A stretch of 64,000 nucleotides of DNA from Euglena gracilis (lineage: Eukaryota), in assembly GCA_039621445.1 (NCBI GenBank), contig CP154954.1:2480001-2544000 (forward strand), in the 5' to 3' direction. The position numbers and the translations under genes were made by a program. The notes under the pieces were generated by a model. That model saw nothing but the letters and a program-made list of their open reading frames with translations. It was not told where the DNA came from and ran no database searches. Positions 37,245 to 49,790 of this stretch are shown here, piece after piece (position 1 is the stretch's first letter; every line of letters begins with the position of its first letter).

Positions 37245-38110
37245 GAACTTGCTGTCGGGGGCTGCTGCCCCCCCTGGAGGAGTCCCGGCCTCGGTGCTGC
37301 GGGTCGGGACCTGGAACATGAGCCACTGGACGGCTGCGAAGGTGTCCATGGTGGCTGCTTTGGTGTCGGCTGACGTGCTGGCGGTGCAGGAGACGCACCT
37401 GGCGCAGGTGCCGCTGCTCTCCGCCCACACGACAGCGGCAAATGCTGGTCTTCATCTGCACCATGGGCGTCCTGTGCAGTCGACCAACCGCTCCGAGCAC
37501 GGGAAGTCTTGCGGCGTGGGCTTCCTCTGGCGCCAGGACATCGCCGTCCTCCCTGCCATGCCGGCCTGCCCCGCATGGCGTCGCCTGCACGCGATGCGAC
37601 GACTGCATGGAGTGCGTCTCGCCCCACGTCCCGGACTGCCGCTGGGGCTGCTCTTGCTGTCCGTCTACGCGCCACTCGCACACCAAGCGGAGCGCCGCCC
37701 CTTCGACCTGGAGTTCGCAGCGCTGGTCTTCGCCCTGGACATGCAGGTGCCCACGCTGCTGCTGGGCGACTTCAATGGGTCCCTGAGCCCGGCAACCGAC
37801 TTCCTCAACTCCGGCCGCCGCCCTCCCTGCAGCCTGCTCGCCGATCTCCTTGGCCCTGGTCGTCCCTGGGTGGATGTCCATCGACTGCTGCTGCCGGCGC
37901 CACTGCCCTTCACGTACCACCAGCCCGGCTCTGGTGGATCGACAATGGCATCACGGATCGATCTGGTCCTGGCCAACATCGCGGCGATGCGGCTGGTTCG
38001 GGAGGCCTCGGTCCTCGAGGGGCTCAATGACGGCGGCCATTGCCCTGTGCTGGTGTCTTTGTCCCTCGACGCGGGCCGCATTGACTGGCAGCCGCCTCGC
38101 CCTCGCCCCC
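37237..38110 (+). CDS. LINE ORF2, APE-type endonuclease domain
   Basis: Motifs VGTWNM, DVLAVQETHL, LSVYAP, LLGDFNG, SRIDLVL, GHCPVLV. A frameshift in the C run near 38110 continues into the ORF 37850 frame. Confidence 0.95.
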
Positions 38111-39741
38111 CCGCCGCTGCTCTATGAGGCCTCCTCCGACCTTGCGTCTTCGCCCCAGTGGTCCGACCTCGTGGAGCGCTGGCTGCTCTCCCCGGCTGTC
38201 GTGGCACTCCATCCCCAACCTGACGAGTCGCTCGACTCCCTCGCGGCTGCTCTCCGTGCGGCGCTGGAGCACCTGGTGTCGTTGGCTGGCGGCTGGACTG
38301 TGCGGCCCCGCAAGCGGCGCTTGGCGTACGACTCCAAGGAGGTGCGCTGCCTCCGCGGCCAGCTGGATGTCCTTCACCGCCTGGCTGCGCAGTGCCGCCG
38401 CGCGCTGCTGGATGCCTCGTCCCCCGGCTGCTGGCCACACCACTGGATGGCTCTGCTCGACGACCTGGAGCGCCGTGGGGTGGCCCTGCCGCGGGATGTG
38501 CCGGTGGCTGTGCTGGCAGCGGCAGTGCAGAACGCCATCTCTGCCCGACTCCCAGACCTGCAAGCCCTCCTGCGGCGCCATCGTGCGGAGCGTTGCAAGC
38601 GGTTCAAGGCTGCGCTGCCCCGCTTGTGGAAGGAGGACCTGGGCGTGATCCAACGGTGGCTGCAGACCCCTGGGGTGCCGTGGGGCTCGCGCCCTGTCCT
38701 GGACGCCTTGGGGCAGCAGTGCCTCACCGCGGCGGCTGTGGATGGGGCTGTGCGCGCTTTCTGGGTCGACCAGGTGCTGCGGCAACATGCGGGGCTAGAT
38801 GAAGAGGAGCGCTGGAGGGCGTTCATCGGCTCCCGCTTCGGCACCTACATTCCCGTCACCACATGGCCCTCCTCGCCCTGGACTGCAGCGCGGGTGTCTG
38901 CGGCCCTGCGTTCGATGCGGGAAGGTGCTGCGCCGGGTCTGGCCGGGGTCCCCATCGCGGTGTGGAGGTCACTGCCACCTCCGTGGCCGGAGGCCGTCGC
39001 GCGTCTGCTGACGCTGGTGCAGGCGCAGCAGCGGTGGCCCTCCTGCTGGCTGGACGCGTACGTGGCCATGATCCCCAAGGCGTCCGGCGGTGCGCGCCCA
39101 CAAGACCAACGCCCCATCACCGTCCTCGAGGTCCTGTACCGGCTGTGGGCAAAGGGGATCGTGACCGCGTGGACACCAACTCTGCAGAACGTCTACCTCT
39201 CGGACACCGCCTTCGCTTCCTCGCGGGCCAGCGGGGCACCGGCCTGCTCGGCCCCCCGGCCAGGTGGTGCAGGACATCATGGGGTGGCAGGCGAGGGCGT
39301 AGGTCCAGTACCTGCCTGAAAGCGTGGAGGGGGGAAGGGAGGGGGGGGAGGGGGGGGGGGGGGGGGGGGGGGGAGAGGGGGAGGGGGGGGATGGGGTCGG
39401 AAGGGCAGGGGGGGAAGGGGGAGGGGCGGGGGATGGGGGGGAGGGGGGGGGAAGGGGGGGGAAAGGGGGGGGGGGTGGGGGGGGGGGCGGGGGGGGGGGG
39501 GGGAGAGGAGGGGGGGGGGGAGGGGAGGGGGGGGGGAGGGGGGGGGGTGAGGAGGGTGGGGAGGAGGGGTGGGGGGGTGGAGGGGGGGGAATAAGGGGGG
39601 GGGGTGGGGGGGGGAAAGGAGGGGAGGGGGGGGAAAGGGGGGGGGGGGGGAGGGAGGGGGGGGGGGGAAGGGAGGGAAAGGGGGGGGGGAGGAAGGGGAG
39701 AGGGGGGGGGGGAAGGGGGGGGGGGGGGGGGGGGGGGGGGG

Positions 39742-39787
<46 letters not shown>

Positions 39788-41330
39788 TAGAGGGGGGGGG
39801 GGGGGGGGAGGGGGGGGGGAAGGAGGGGGGGGGGGGGGGGAGGGGGGGGGAGGTGGGGGGGAAAGGGGGGGGGGAGGGGGGGGGGGGGGGGGGAGGGGGG
39901 GGGGAGCGGGGATGGGGGGGGGGGGGAAGGGGAGGGGGTGGGGAACGGGGAGGAGGGGGGGGGGGGGGGGGAGGAAGTGGGGGGGGGGGTGGGGTGAAAG
40001 GGCTGAGGGCGGCAAAGATGGGGGGGGGTAGGGGGCGGGGAGGGAGGGGGTGGAGAAGGAGAAGGGGGGGGGGGAGGGGGGGGGGGGGGGGAGGGGGGTA
40101 GAGGGGGGAGGAGAGACGCTGTGGCGGCTGAAGGCGGGGGGGAGGGGGGGGGGAGGGGGAAGGGAAGAGGGGAGGAGAGAGGGGGAAGGTGACGTGGAAG
40201 GGGGGGGGAGGGGGGGGGGGAGGGGGTCGGGAAAGGGGGAGGGGGGGGAGGGAGGGAAGGGGAGCAAGGGGGGGGTGAGAGGAGGGGGGGGGGGGGAAGG
40301 GGGGGGCGGGGGGAAGGGGAGGGGAGGGGGGGGTCGACTGGCGAAGCTACGACAGCTTGCCGTGGTGGGCTGTGTTCCGGGTGCTGCGGCAGGGGCGTGC
40401 CGGAGGACGTGGTGGCCACCTTCGCCGCGTTCTACCGGGACGTGCGCAGGCGGTTCCGCTATGGCACCGTCTTCGGCGAGCCGTGGCAGGCATGCAACGG
40501 CCTCGCGCAGGGCTGCCCGGCAAGCCCCGACTTGCTGAACATCCTGTTCGAGACCTTCCATCGGTGGGCCGCCGCTCAGCGCCTGGGGGTGGAGGTGGCC
40601 GGCTTCCACGTGGCATCCGTCAGCTTCGCCGACGACCTGGTGCTGCTGGCCCCATCCCAACCGGCAGTGGAGGCGCTGATCGCGGCGTACCTGGAGTGGT
40701 GCGCATTGCTGGGCGTGAAGGTCACGAAGGTCCGTCTGGTCCTGGGCGCGGTCGGCGACTCCATCGGCGACTCCTCCGTCCTGACCACGGCCGAGTTCCG
40801 CTTCGTCGGGGTGGAGCTGGGTCTGCCCAACCGGGTGGGGGACTCCGCGCATTGGCTGCCCAGGCTGGACAAGGCGCTGTCCGCGGCTCAACGATTGCGC
40901 TGCCTCCCGCTGCCCGCCGCCCTGAACGCGGTTCTGTGGCGGACGACGGTGCTGCCCAAGGCCCTCTACGGCTGTGAGCTGCGCAACATCACGGCCACAC
41001 AGCTGGCCCCACTGGTGGCTGCGGCAAAGTCTGCTGTGTGCACCAAGCCGCCGCTGGCGCTGAATGCTTGGAACGCACCGGAGGTGGCGCTGGGCTGGCC
41101 GCTGGGGGACTCCGCGCCGCTGCACCCCATGGCCTTCGCCCGCCTGCTCCAACTGCGTTGGCTGCACCTCCTGGCGAACGGCGAGGGCATCGCGAGCATC
41201 ATCCACCGGGCTGTGGCCTGCCCTTCCATGGTGTGGCGCAAGCCCTCACTGGCGCTGCGGCTGCTCTGGCGGCGGTGGGGCTGGTCCATCGAGCGGAACG
41301 CGCAGTGCAGCCGAGTCCGCATCCTGGCGC
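38111..41330 (+). CDS. LINE ORF2, reverse transcriptase region (interrupted by a G-rich tract at 39327-40333)
   Basis: APGLAGVP, MIPKASGG..QRPITVLEVLYRLW, LAK/YDSLPW, GLAQGCPASPDLLNI, FADD (40625-40636), FRFVGVELG. Confidence 0.95.
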
Positions 41331-41600
41331 CTGGGGTTGGGGAGGGTGGGGGGGGGGGGAGGGGGGGGGGGGGGGGGGGGGAAGGGGGGGGGGGGGGGAG
41401 GGGGGGATGGGGGGGTGGGAAGAAGGCGAGCAGGGGGGGTGGGGGTGCAAGGAGCAGAAGGGGGGAGGGGGGGAGGGGGGTGGGGGGGAGGGGACAGGGG
41501 GGGGGATAGGAGAACTGAAGGGCTGGGGTCGAAGCGAGTGGGGGGGGCGACGGGGAGGAGGAAAGTTGGATACGGGGGGGTGGGGAAGGGGGAGCTCCCG

Positions 41601-42040
41601 CAGCCGTCACTGACGGGCGGGTCCCTCTGACCCCGGACGACATCAACGACCCCCATGAGCAGGCGGTGAGGACGGCTGTGCGCTGGAGAGGGGGGAGCCG
41701 CGGTGTGGCGTCAATGGATGGGCGAGGGGGGCCCAGCCCCTCGCAGCAGCACCACTGCGAACTGCTCGCCCTGGAGCTGGCTGAGCTTGCAGCCATCTCA
41801 AGTCCTCACCGACTCGCTGTGCGCGCTGCAGCTCCTCCGTGGCTGGGGCTCGATGTCGGAGACGGGGCGATTATGCTGCCTAGATCGAGTGGAGTGCGTC
41901 GGGTACTGGCAGCAGCCAAGGCGTGCATCCTGCCCGTGGTGCTGGAGAAGGTGCGGGCCCATGACGACCGCGGGCTCCAGAGCGTGGATGCCGAAGGCGG
42001 TGGGCAATGATGCTGCCGGGTCCCTGGCCAAGCAGGGCTG
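41601..42040 (+). CDS. LINE ORF2, RNase H domain (frameshifted or noisy)
   Basis: VTDG, ELLALELA, VLTDSLCAL, LEKVRAH and GNDAA..LAK in the expected order. Confidence 0.8.
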
Positions 42041-42875
42041 CGGCGGGGACGACGGAAGTCTGTGGGAGGACGTCCCGATGGGGGGGGCGGCGACCGGGGG
42101 GGGTTGGTGGCGGGGCTCAGCTGAGGGGCGGGGATGGTGGGGGGGGGGGTGGTCCGTGAGAGGGAGAGGGGGGTAGGGGGGGGGGGGGGGGGACGGGGGG
42201 GACACATGGGGGGGAGAGGGGGGGGGAAGGGGAGGAAGGAGTGGGGGGGGGGGGGGGGCAACGGGGAGGGAGAGGAGGGGAGGGGGGGGCATGGGGGGGA
42301 GAGGGGGAGAGGGGGAATGAGCAGGGGGAGGTGGGGGGAAGGGGATGGGGGGGGTGGAGAGAGGGGAGAACGGGGTAGGGGGGGGGTGGGAGAAAAGTGA
42401 GGGGAGACTCATGTGGGGGGAGGAGGGGGGGTGGGGGAAAAAGAGAAATAGAGTTGGGGGGTCGGGGAGGGGGGGGGGGGGGGGTGCGGGTGGGGTGTGG
42501 GGGGGGGGAGCGGGGTGGGGGGTGGGGGGGGGGAGCTGGAGAAGGGGGGAAGCCTGGGGGGGGGGAACGGAGACTGGGGGATGGGGAGGGGGGGCGAAGG
42601 GGGCGGGGGGGAGGCGCGGGGGGGAAGGGGGGGGGGGGCAGGGACAAGGACGAGGGAAAGGGGGGGGGGGGGGGGTTGCCGGGGGGGGGCGTGGGGAGGG
42701 GCGGTGGGGTGGGGAGGGGGGGGGGGAACCTGAGGAAGCGGGGACAGGGAGGGGGGAGGGGGGTAGGGTGGACTGTGGGGAGGGTGGGTGAGGGGGAGGA
42801 GGGGGTGGAAGGAGGGAGGGGATTAGGCAAGATGGGCGGGGGGGGGGATGGAAGTGGGGGAGCATGCGGGAAGGG

Positions 42876-44658
42876 GGAGCAATCAGCGCAGTCGCCCCCG
42901 CTGGACCCTCCTCTTCCCCTGGGCTTGGACTTCGACTGGGCCTCCTCCACCGCCATCTTCCGCCGGCCGGTGGTCCAGCCCGGCGGCTTTGTGCACAAGG
43001 TGGCCCCGCGGGTGATCAAGTGGGTCGCCCGTGTACGTGGTGGCTGTCTCGCTACTCGGGAGCGTCTGGCACGACACGGCATCGGCGGCGTGGTGTCCCC
43101 TGTCTGCCTCTGCTGTGGGGTGGAGGCGGAGGACGACGCCCACGTGCTGGCGGGCTGTCCGGCCACCGGCGCTGCCCCCCCACTCCCGGCCCTGATGGAC
43201 GTGTGGGCGCTGGCCTGTGCCACCTCGAAGCTCGGCGTGCCGCTCCCCCCGCCGACCTGGCTGACGGCACACTGCTTCCCTCTGCTGGCGGCGCTCATCC
43301 CCTCCACTGTGCTGCACCACCACCCCCTTCCCACGGCGGATGCGGCGCGGTTCATGCTGGCGCTGCACATGGCCCTGGCTGAGCGCACGGCTGAACTCCT
43401 CCGCCGTCGCGGTGAGCTCATCGCCACCTCCCCTGTGGTGGCAGCAGCGCCCTCTGACCGACCCCCTGCTGACGACGCGGACCTGTCGACGACACCAGCA
43501 GCAAGCAGTCCCTCCTACGCACTCCCCCCGGGGCTGCGTCTCAGCGTCCCCGAGCTGCGGTCCCTGGAGCTGCGGCAGCGACAGCAGCCCCCTGCTCCGC
43601 CGCCCCCTGCAGGCCCCCCGCGGCCCCCCCCCTGTGGAAGCCCCCGCCGTCGGTGGCTGCAGTCCCGCTTGGTCGTGCTGCTGCGGGAGCATACGGTGGT
43701 CTGCCCTGCCAGCCGCGGCTGCCGGTCGGAGGTTTTTCTGGATCTCTTTGAGGAGTTGGTGGGGGAGCACTACACCACGACACCTGGCTCCTTGCCAGCT
43801 CACCGCCTGTCCGGCTTCGCCAAGGCGTTGGCCAATCTGGTGGGCTCCGCGGACCTGAGCCCCCCCCTCCAGCGGCACTCCTTGGGTGGCGGTCGGTGGC
43901 TGTATAACCGCACCCCCAGCATGCATCGGGATGCGGACCGATGGCGCCAGCGGGCTGATCGCGAACTAGCTGCCCGTCCGGTACCCCGACCAGCGGCAAC
44001 CATTGAGGAGGTGGACGCAGGCCTTGCTGCTTGGCTGCGGTATCACCCCCACCTGCGGGCGGCAGCGGTGGAGCAGGGGTTGCCGAGCAAAGCGCTCCTT
44101 CTGTTGTGGGAGGTGGACAAGGGCATGCCCTTCCCGTCCACCGCGGGCAGCTCGGAGTCCGCGCTGGTCTTGGGCTTCACCCGACGCCTGCGTCGCCAGG
44201 TGGGCCTGGACGATGAGCTGCGGGATTACATGATCCCCCGAGATGTGGTCGGCGCTTTGGGACCGGGCCTGCGGGACAGCCACAACCAGCGCTGGCCGGT
44301 GCAGATCGTGGCGCCCGCCCCCGGGGAGCCAGCTGCCTGGTACGAGCTGTTCCAGCAACGGTGGAAGGAGTATCTGTCGTCTTTGCGCGTCTCGGCGCCG
44401 CCGGAGGAGGCGGATCACCGGCGGGCTCGAGCGGTGGAGGACCTGGCTCCAGTGAAGAGACGGCGGACAGCCCCTCCGGCACGAGCAGCGTCAGCCAAGC
44501 CCCCCGCCCTGCCGAGGTCGTCAACCAGGGCGCGGTCTCCGGACGCCGAGGCGGATGTGCCCCCACCAAAGCGTCAGTCCACCTTGGACTGTTGGCGGCA
44601 ACCTGCGAGGGCACCGCTACCCCGTCATGGGCGAGCGGCTGAGGGTCCACCGACCTGA
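42876..44658 (+). CDS. LINE ORF2 C-terminus: CCHC zinc knuckle plus a ~500-aa extension
   Basis: RERLARHG...CLCCGVEAEDDAHVLAGC (C-x2-C-x8-H-x4-C, 43105-43158); open to TGA at 44658. Confidence 0.88.
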
Positions 44659-44670
44659 TGGAGGAGGGAT

Positions 44671-44744
44671 GGGGCGCTTGGCATCGTGGTGATCACGGTC
44701 ATCACGGCCTAGACAGCGCCCCGCGGTGAGGTCCCCCTCACCGC
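44671..44744 (+). other. Structured LINE 3' UTR (two hairpins)
   Basis: ggggcgct(44671) / agcgcccc(44722) encloses cgtggtgat-cacg-gtcatcacg; second hairpin gcggtgagg / cctcaccgc (44723-44744). Confidence 0.7.
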
Positions 44745-46579
44745 TCCGACCGAACCCCCCCCCCACCACCACCACCACCACCACCCACCACCAGCATGAG
44801 GAAATGCATATGTCCACTTAAGTTTCAAAGGTCTAATTCGATAATGCAAGGCATGCAATCAGTATTTGGCAATCCTTTGGGGGTTCAATTCAACAATCCG
44901 CATCAAGCATGGCCAGAGCCACACAGGAAATCCGCATCTTTGTAAATCCCTTAAATAACTATTGGGGTGGAGCGGGACACGGGAGGGGACACGGGGGAAA
45001 CATACCCCTTTGGATAGTGACATTTTCGCCGAAAAACCTTCCGCAACCCCCGACCGGGGGGGTCGTACACCCCCCCCCAAACCTGCAACCCCCGACAGGG
45101 TTGTTCATTAAATAGGGGTGGTCCGTGGAAAAAGGGGGGGGGGGGGCGGGTAAAGCAGGGCGGTGACCAAAATTGATAAAACTGTGTTTGTGGGCACTTT
45201 ATTGCGGGCAAAGTTGTTTCAAAACCCCCCAAAAATGGGTCCTTTGAAAAAATTGCCTTTTGTGGGGTGGAGCCCTGCGTTTGATGAGGGGCTCCTGGCA
45301 GGTGGAGAGCCATACCATTCACCACAGCACCACACAAGGACACATTGATTCGGGGCAAAAAAAAATCAAAAAAACAGCTAAAAAAGGAAAATTTGGTCCA
45401 GGAAAACCGGGAAGCGGTTGGGCAGGGTTGGGGGAGTGTTGTCGGACCTGCCCCCCACCAAGATGGAGGGGGGGTCAAAGCACCCCCACCAACCACCATT
45501 GGATTTCCAGGATTCCTGTTCATCCCTGGGGGGTACCACCACCTGAACCCCAAACACCTGGCCTACATTTTAGTTTCATAAAACATAAAATTTGAAAAGA
45601 GGCGGTTCCCCCTATTTTCAGTTAAAAAAAAATGTATACCCCACACCCCCCTTGCACCGATGGGTCACCAAAATTAAAAAATCTCTTGGATTTCTGTACA
45701 GCCCTGGGCATGCATGCCCGCAGGCTGTGCCATCTGCGGGCTGTGGATCGTGGAGTAGAGACGCCGGCCTGCAAGGATAGCACCATCAAGTTGTTCAACG
45801 GCATGCAGAGCATCGGAGAGAAGGTCGGCAGTTAAGTTCGCTCAGCAATGAAATCCAACTGAAATCCAACTCAGCAATGAAGTCCAAAATCTACAGGGAA
45901 GGCGGGTCCTGACCCAAAAAAAATTTCAGCAATTCAGAAAGAGAGGAAAACCCCTCTGGAGCCACACCGCGTGGGAGAAATTGATATCGGAGGCAGAGGC
46001 ATTCAACATCGAGAAAATTTCTTCCCTAAAATATGCCCCCCCCCCTTTACAAAAACCCCCAAATTAACCTCCCCCGCTGGGGGCTTTGCTTTGGCCACCA
46101 AATCACAGAGTCGGGAAGAAGCCCATTCAGTCACGGATTGATTTTCCTGAAAATTTTCCCGGAAATATTTGGGCGGAGGGAAATAAATTTCCCTCCGCCC
46201 AAATATAAAACCCCCCATGAGGATCTTGAAGTCCTTAAATTGAGGCACATCCACCGTGAGGAGTCAATATTGAGACCAACCCAGACAAATTGCTTGTATT
46301 TCAGGATTTTTGGGATTTTGGGATCCACTCAGTGCACCAAACCGATCCTGAGGCATTAGAAAATGGTCACAATATCCTAAAACCAAGCCATTTTTGGGCA
46401 TTTTCAGGACTGTTGGCCATTTTGGACCATTTTGAAGCCACCAGCCGGGCCTCAAACAAATGCACAAAAAAATGTCAGTTTCAAAAAAAATTAAAAAAAT
46501 GAATGCAGAAAAAATCACAAAAAAGCAAAAATCAAATAAAAAAAGCATGACGCAAAAAAATTCAAAAAAACACAAAAAA

Positions 46580-48091
46580 CAGGGACCATACAATTGCTTA
46601 CCGACCCCCGGGGGGGGAGGGGGGGGTCACTCCACTTTTTTAAAAACCAGTCAGTCACTCATTTTCAAAAAACCAGCCAGTCACTACCCCCCCCGGGGGG
46701 GGGGGGTCGGCCACTCAGAAAAACGGCCACTTTCCAGTCACTTTAGGCCATTTTAGGCCAAAAAAATTTTCCGGCGCATTCGGCGCCGGGGTCACTCAAG
46801 CCACTTTTGCCCACTCCTGGCCGACCCCCCCCCCCGGGGGGGGGAGGGGGTCCGGGCCCAAAACCAGTCAGTCACTCTGAAAAAACCAGTCACCCACCCC
46901 CCCCGGGGGGGGGGGGGGGGACAGTGCTTAAGCAATTGTCTGACAGGGACTCCCTCAGTTTCGTGCTGAAGACCCCATGTCGCCATTCGTGATTTTTCGT
47001 GATTTTTCGTGATTTTTTGTGGCACGAAAAAAATCGCCCGGTTCTAAGGATTCTGCTGTAAAAAGACTTAGAAATTTTTTCGGGTTGTTCAACCTGGAAA
47101 AATTGAACTGACTCGTGATCAAGCTCAAAATGGACTGTCCCTCAACAATGGTGAACAAGACTTGGCTCTAGCCAAATTGGGTGCTGGAGAAATGGGGAAA
47201 CCAGAGATGCAATGCAACGCTCAAAGTGTGAAGATACGAAGCGCTGTGCTTTGAATTTACTGCGATGCAAAGTGATGCTCCGCATCTCCATTGCAGAACA
47301 TTACAACCGCGGCTTGCCACAGAGCCTTGCTTTCTGGCGATTCTCCGTGTCCGCAAGACCCGATCGGGATTCTATTTAAGACCCCCAGGGGGGAGGGGGA
47401 CTTTCCACTCTAAACAAAAAAACAGTCAGCCACTCGAAAAAAATGTGACCCCAAGGAAAGACGAAATTACAGATAAAAACAGGCAGAAACACCTCAAAGA
47501 CACGAGGTTCCAACAATTCTGCCTAAGGTCCAGGTTTCTCAACAACCTTCTCCTAGTTCAGAACCTTTTTCTTTGGGTTGCTGACGCTAAATGCCCAACA
47601 GCGCACGATGACTCCAAATAATTTACAGGAGTATGACATGCAGTGCATGACAACTCACTCCTGGTACTGACGTCAGAGGATTTGCAAAGGTTAACATGGA
47701 TAGCATGGTTAAAACCTTAGAAACCCAAGAAATCTGGTGGACTGGCTCTTTTTTGGTGGAGTCATCTTTCCCCCACGCTTCCAAGTGCGACGCTGTTTCG
47801 TTGCTTGCACCACAGGCATTGTTTATGGCACACTAGAATCAGAAGACGACATCACTGCAAAGAGTGACCAGTAAGAAAAAATAGATAAAAAGCTGGGAGT
47901 AAATGTATTTGCACTTTCAAATAGCAAAAGTTGCACTTCCAAGAGAAAAATATCAGTGTCTTAAAAAAAAATTCTCATTCGTGATTTTTCGTGATTTTCG
48001 TGATTTTTCGTGATTTTGGGGAACGCTTCATTTTCGTGCTTATTCGTGATTTTTCGTGATTTTTCGTGGCACGAAACCGAGGGAATCCCTG
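46580..48091. mobile_element. ~1.5-kb TIR element with CGTGATTTTT subterminal repeats
   Basis: Left end caggga(c)...tccctcagtttcgtg (split by a MITE); right end cacgaaaccgagggaatccctg. Flanks caaaaaa / caaaaaaa. Confidence 0.75.
46587..46942. mobile_element. hAT-like MITE, family A (opposite orientation to 22061 and 60612)
   Basis: TIR catacaattgctta / taagcaattgtctg. Perfect TSD acagggac. Confidence 0.93.
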
Positions 48092-49349
48092 CAAAAAAAC
48101 CCAAAAAAATGCACCGAAAAAAAAACTGGAAAAAAATGTGCAAAAAAAGCCAAAAAAATGCAACGCAAAAAAACTGCACTGTGCACCCCCCCCCACGTGT
48201 AAAGCACCCTGATGGGAGTTTGCACCCTGAGGGGGATATAAGTTATTTTTGGAACAGCCAACCTTAACCCCAACCACCCCAAACAACTTACCCAATCCCT
48301 GACCCTATGACTGGAAAAGACCTTCTGTATTTCACATTTGCCTTGCAGGCTGCCTTGCACGAAAAATTGGTGTCGGGCCCACTAGTTTAGGGCAGGGGCT
48401 CCCTTACTGCCCCCAGTGGGGAGTGGTTTAAGGCTACTCAGCCTGATGTGCACATCCCACTGATTCCTTTTGACTTTCAAAGAAAAATCGGCGAAACAAA
48501 AAAAAAAAAACTAACAAAAACAAAAAAAAGCAGTTCCCACCCAATAACACAAATAAAACCACACATTCTGCAAAGCTCACTAACAAAAAAATCTGCAAGC
48601 GTTCTAAACAACACACACCTCCCTCACCTTTTTCCTTTCTGAGAAGTAACACGCGGTTATCTCGTCAACAACCCTTTCCTTTCGTTCACCAAACCGAAAT
48701 TTAAACACATCAAAAAATGCACAAAAAAAAAAAAAAAATCGCCGGCACCAAAAAACAAACAGACATCAAAAGAAAGAATCTGTCAAACTGTCAAAACAAG
48801 CACACACCCCCCACCACATCAGATGGATTTGATTTCCCCGTATATCAACAAACCACCTAACCCCGCCAACAAATCCCAACTTTGTTTTACTTTGCCCAGG
48901 CTTCCCCCCACCGCTTTCCAAAACGAAAGTGCGGAAATCTGTCAAAATAATTCAAAAATATTCTACCACTACTCACTTTTCAAAGCCGAATTTCAGCACA
49001 AAAGGATATTAACTTCATCGCCAAAAATGTCCACCCCTTCCACTGCAACAACCAACAACGGCCCACCCAACCACCTTCACGCTTAAAAAAAATACAGGGT
49101 CTCTGTTTCACCCCGCTCCTTCAACCACACCGCCCCCCACCCACAGAAATTTCCGACCCCCAAACAGCAAAAAAAACCGAAATCTTGCGTCCATCCAAAA
49201 ATTCAAATGGGCCACCCCACCCTTTGACCAATTCACAAAACCCAAACTGGCCCAATCCACACCCAAGACCTGCCATCCACCTGCCAACCCACACCCCCCC
49301 CCAGAACAATGCCCCAATTCAAACGACCTGCACCCACGCTTCCTCCATC

Positions 49350-49790
49350 TGCAAAGCTATTTGACTTTGCGAAATTGCGAGCACAAAAGGAAATGGCCCT
49401 GCCGACCCTGCCAGAGTGCCAACGATACTGGATGTAGGCATAAGATGTGTCTGCGCGTGGATCTGGCTGCAAATCAATGCTGATCAATGCCCCAAATGGG
49501 GCAAAGAGCTGGTACGCGTGCAAGGTTTGCAAATCCCGGGGCAGGCCGCCAATGTAGACGCTGGCCTGCGGGTCGGGCGGGGGCAGAGCTGACTTTGGCG
49601 GTGTCCCCTCTGTGAATGAGTTATTGGTGGGAGGGGCTGAGGGGGGGTCGGTTTGGAAACAGCGAGGCTCTTGGACGTCCGAACCAACAAGGTTGAGGTC
49701 CACCTCATGCCATTCGTTGGGACGCTGGGGTACTTCCTCTGGTTGTTTCAAGCTGAAATCGACAAGAGGGGTGCTTTTGGACACGAGAAA
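49350..49790 (-). CDS. Exon encoding an RRM (RNA recognition motif) domain; boundaries approximate
   Basis: SVYIGGLP (RNP2), LFAPFGALISIDL and SYAYIQY (RNP1) in ORF 49233..50012. Confidence 0.75.

Larger units (their letters stand above)
35143..44793 (+). mobile_element. 5'-truncated non-LTR retrotransposon (LINE) with APE, RT, RNase H and CCHC
   Basis: Abrupt switch to GC-rich coding DNA at 35143, two long ORFs, a short 3' UTR and a (CCA)n tail ending at 44793. Confidence 0.95.

Noticed and set aside
38969-42865. Long Pro-rich and Gly-rich ORFs
   Set aside because: Translations of the G-rich tracts and antisense shadows of the LINE.
47030-47950. Possible hAT dimerisation-domain relic inside the 1.5-kb element
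   Set aside because: Only vague fragments with stops; no convincing motif.
48490-49320. A/C-rich tract with short ORFs
   Set aside because: Low complexity, possibly degraded consensus; no coding signal.
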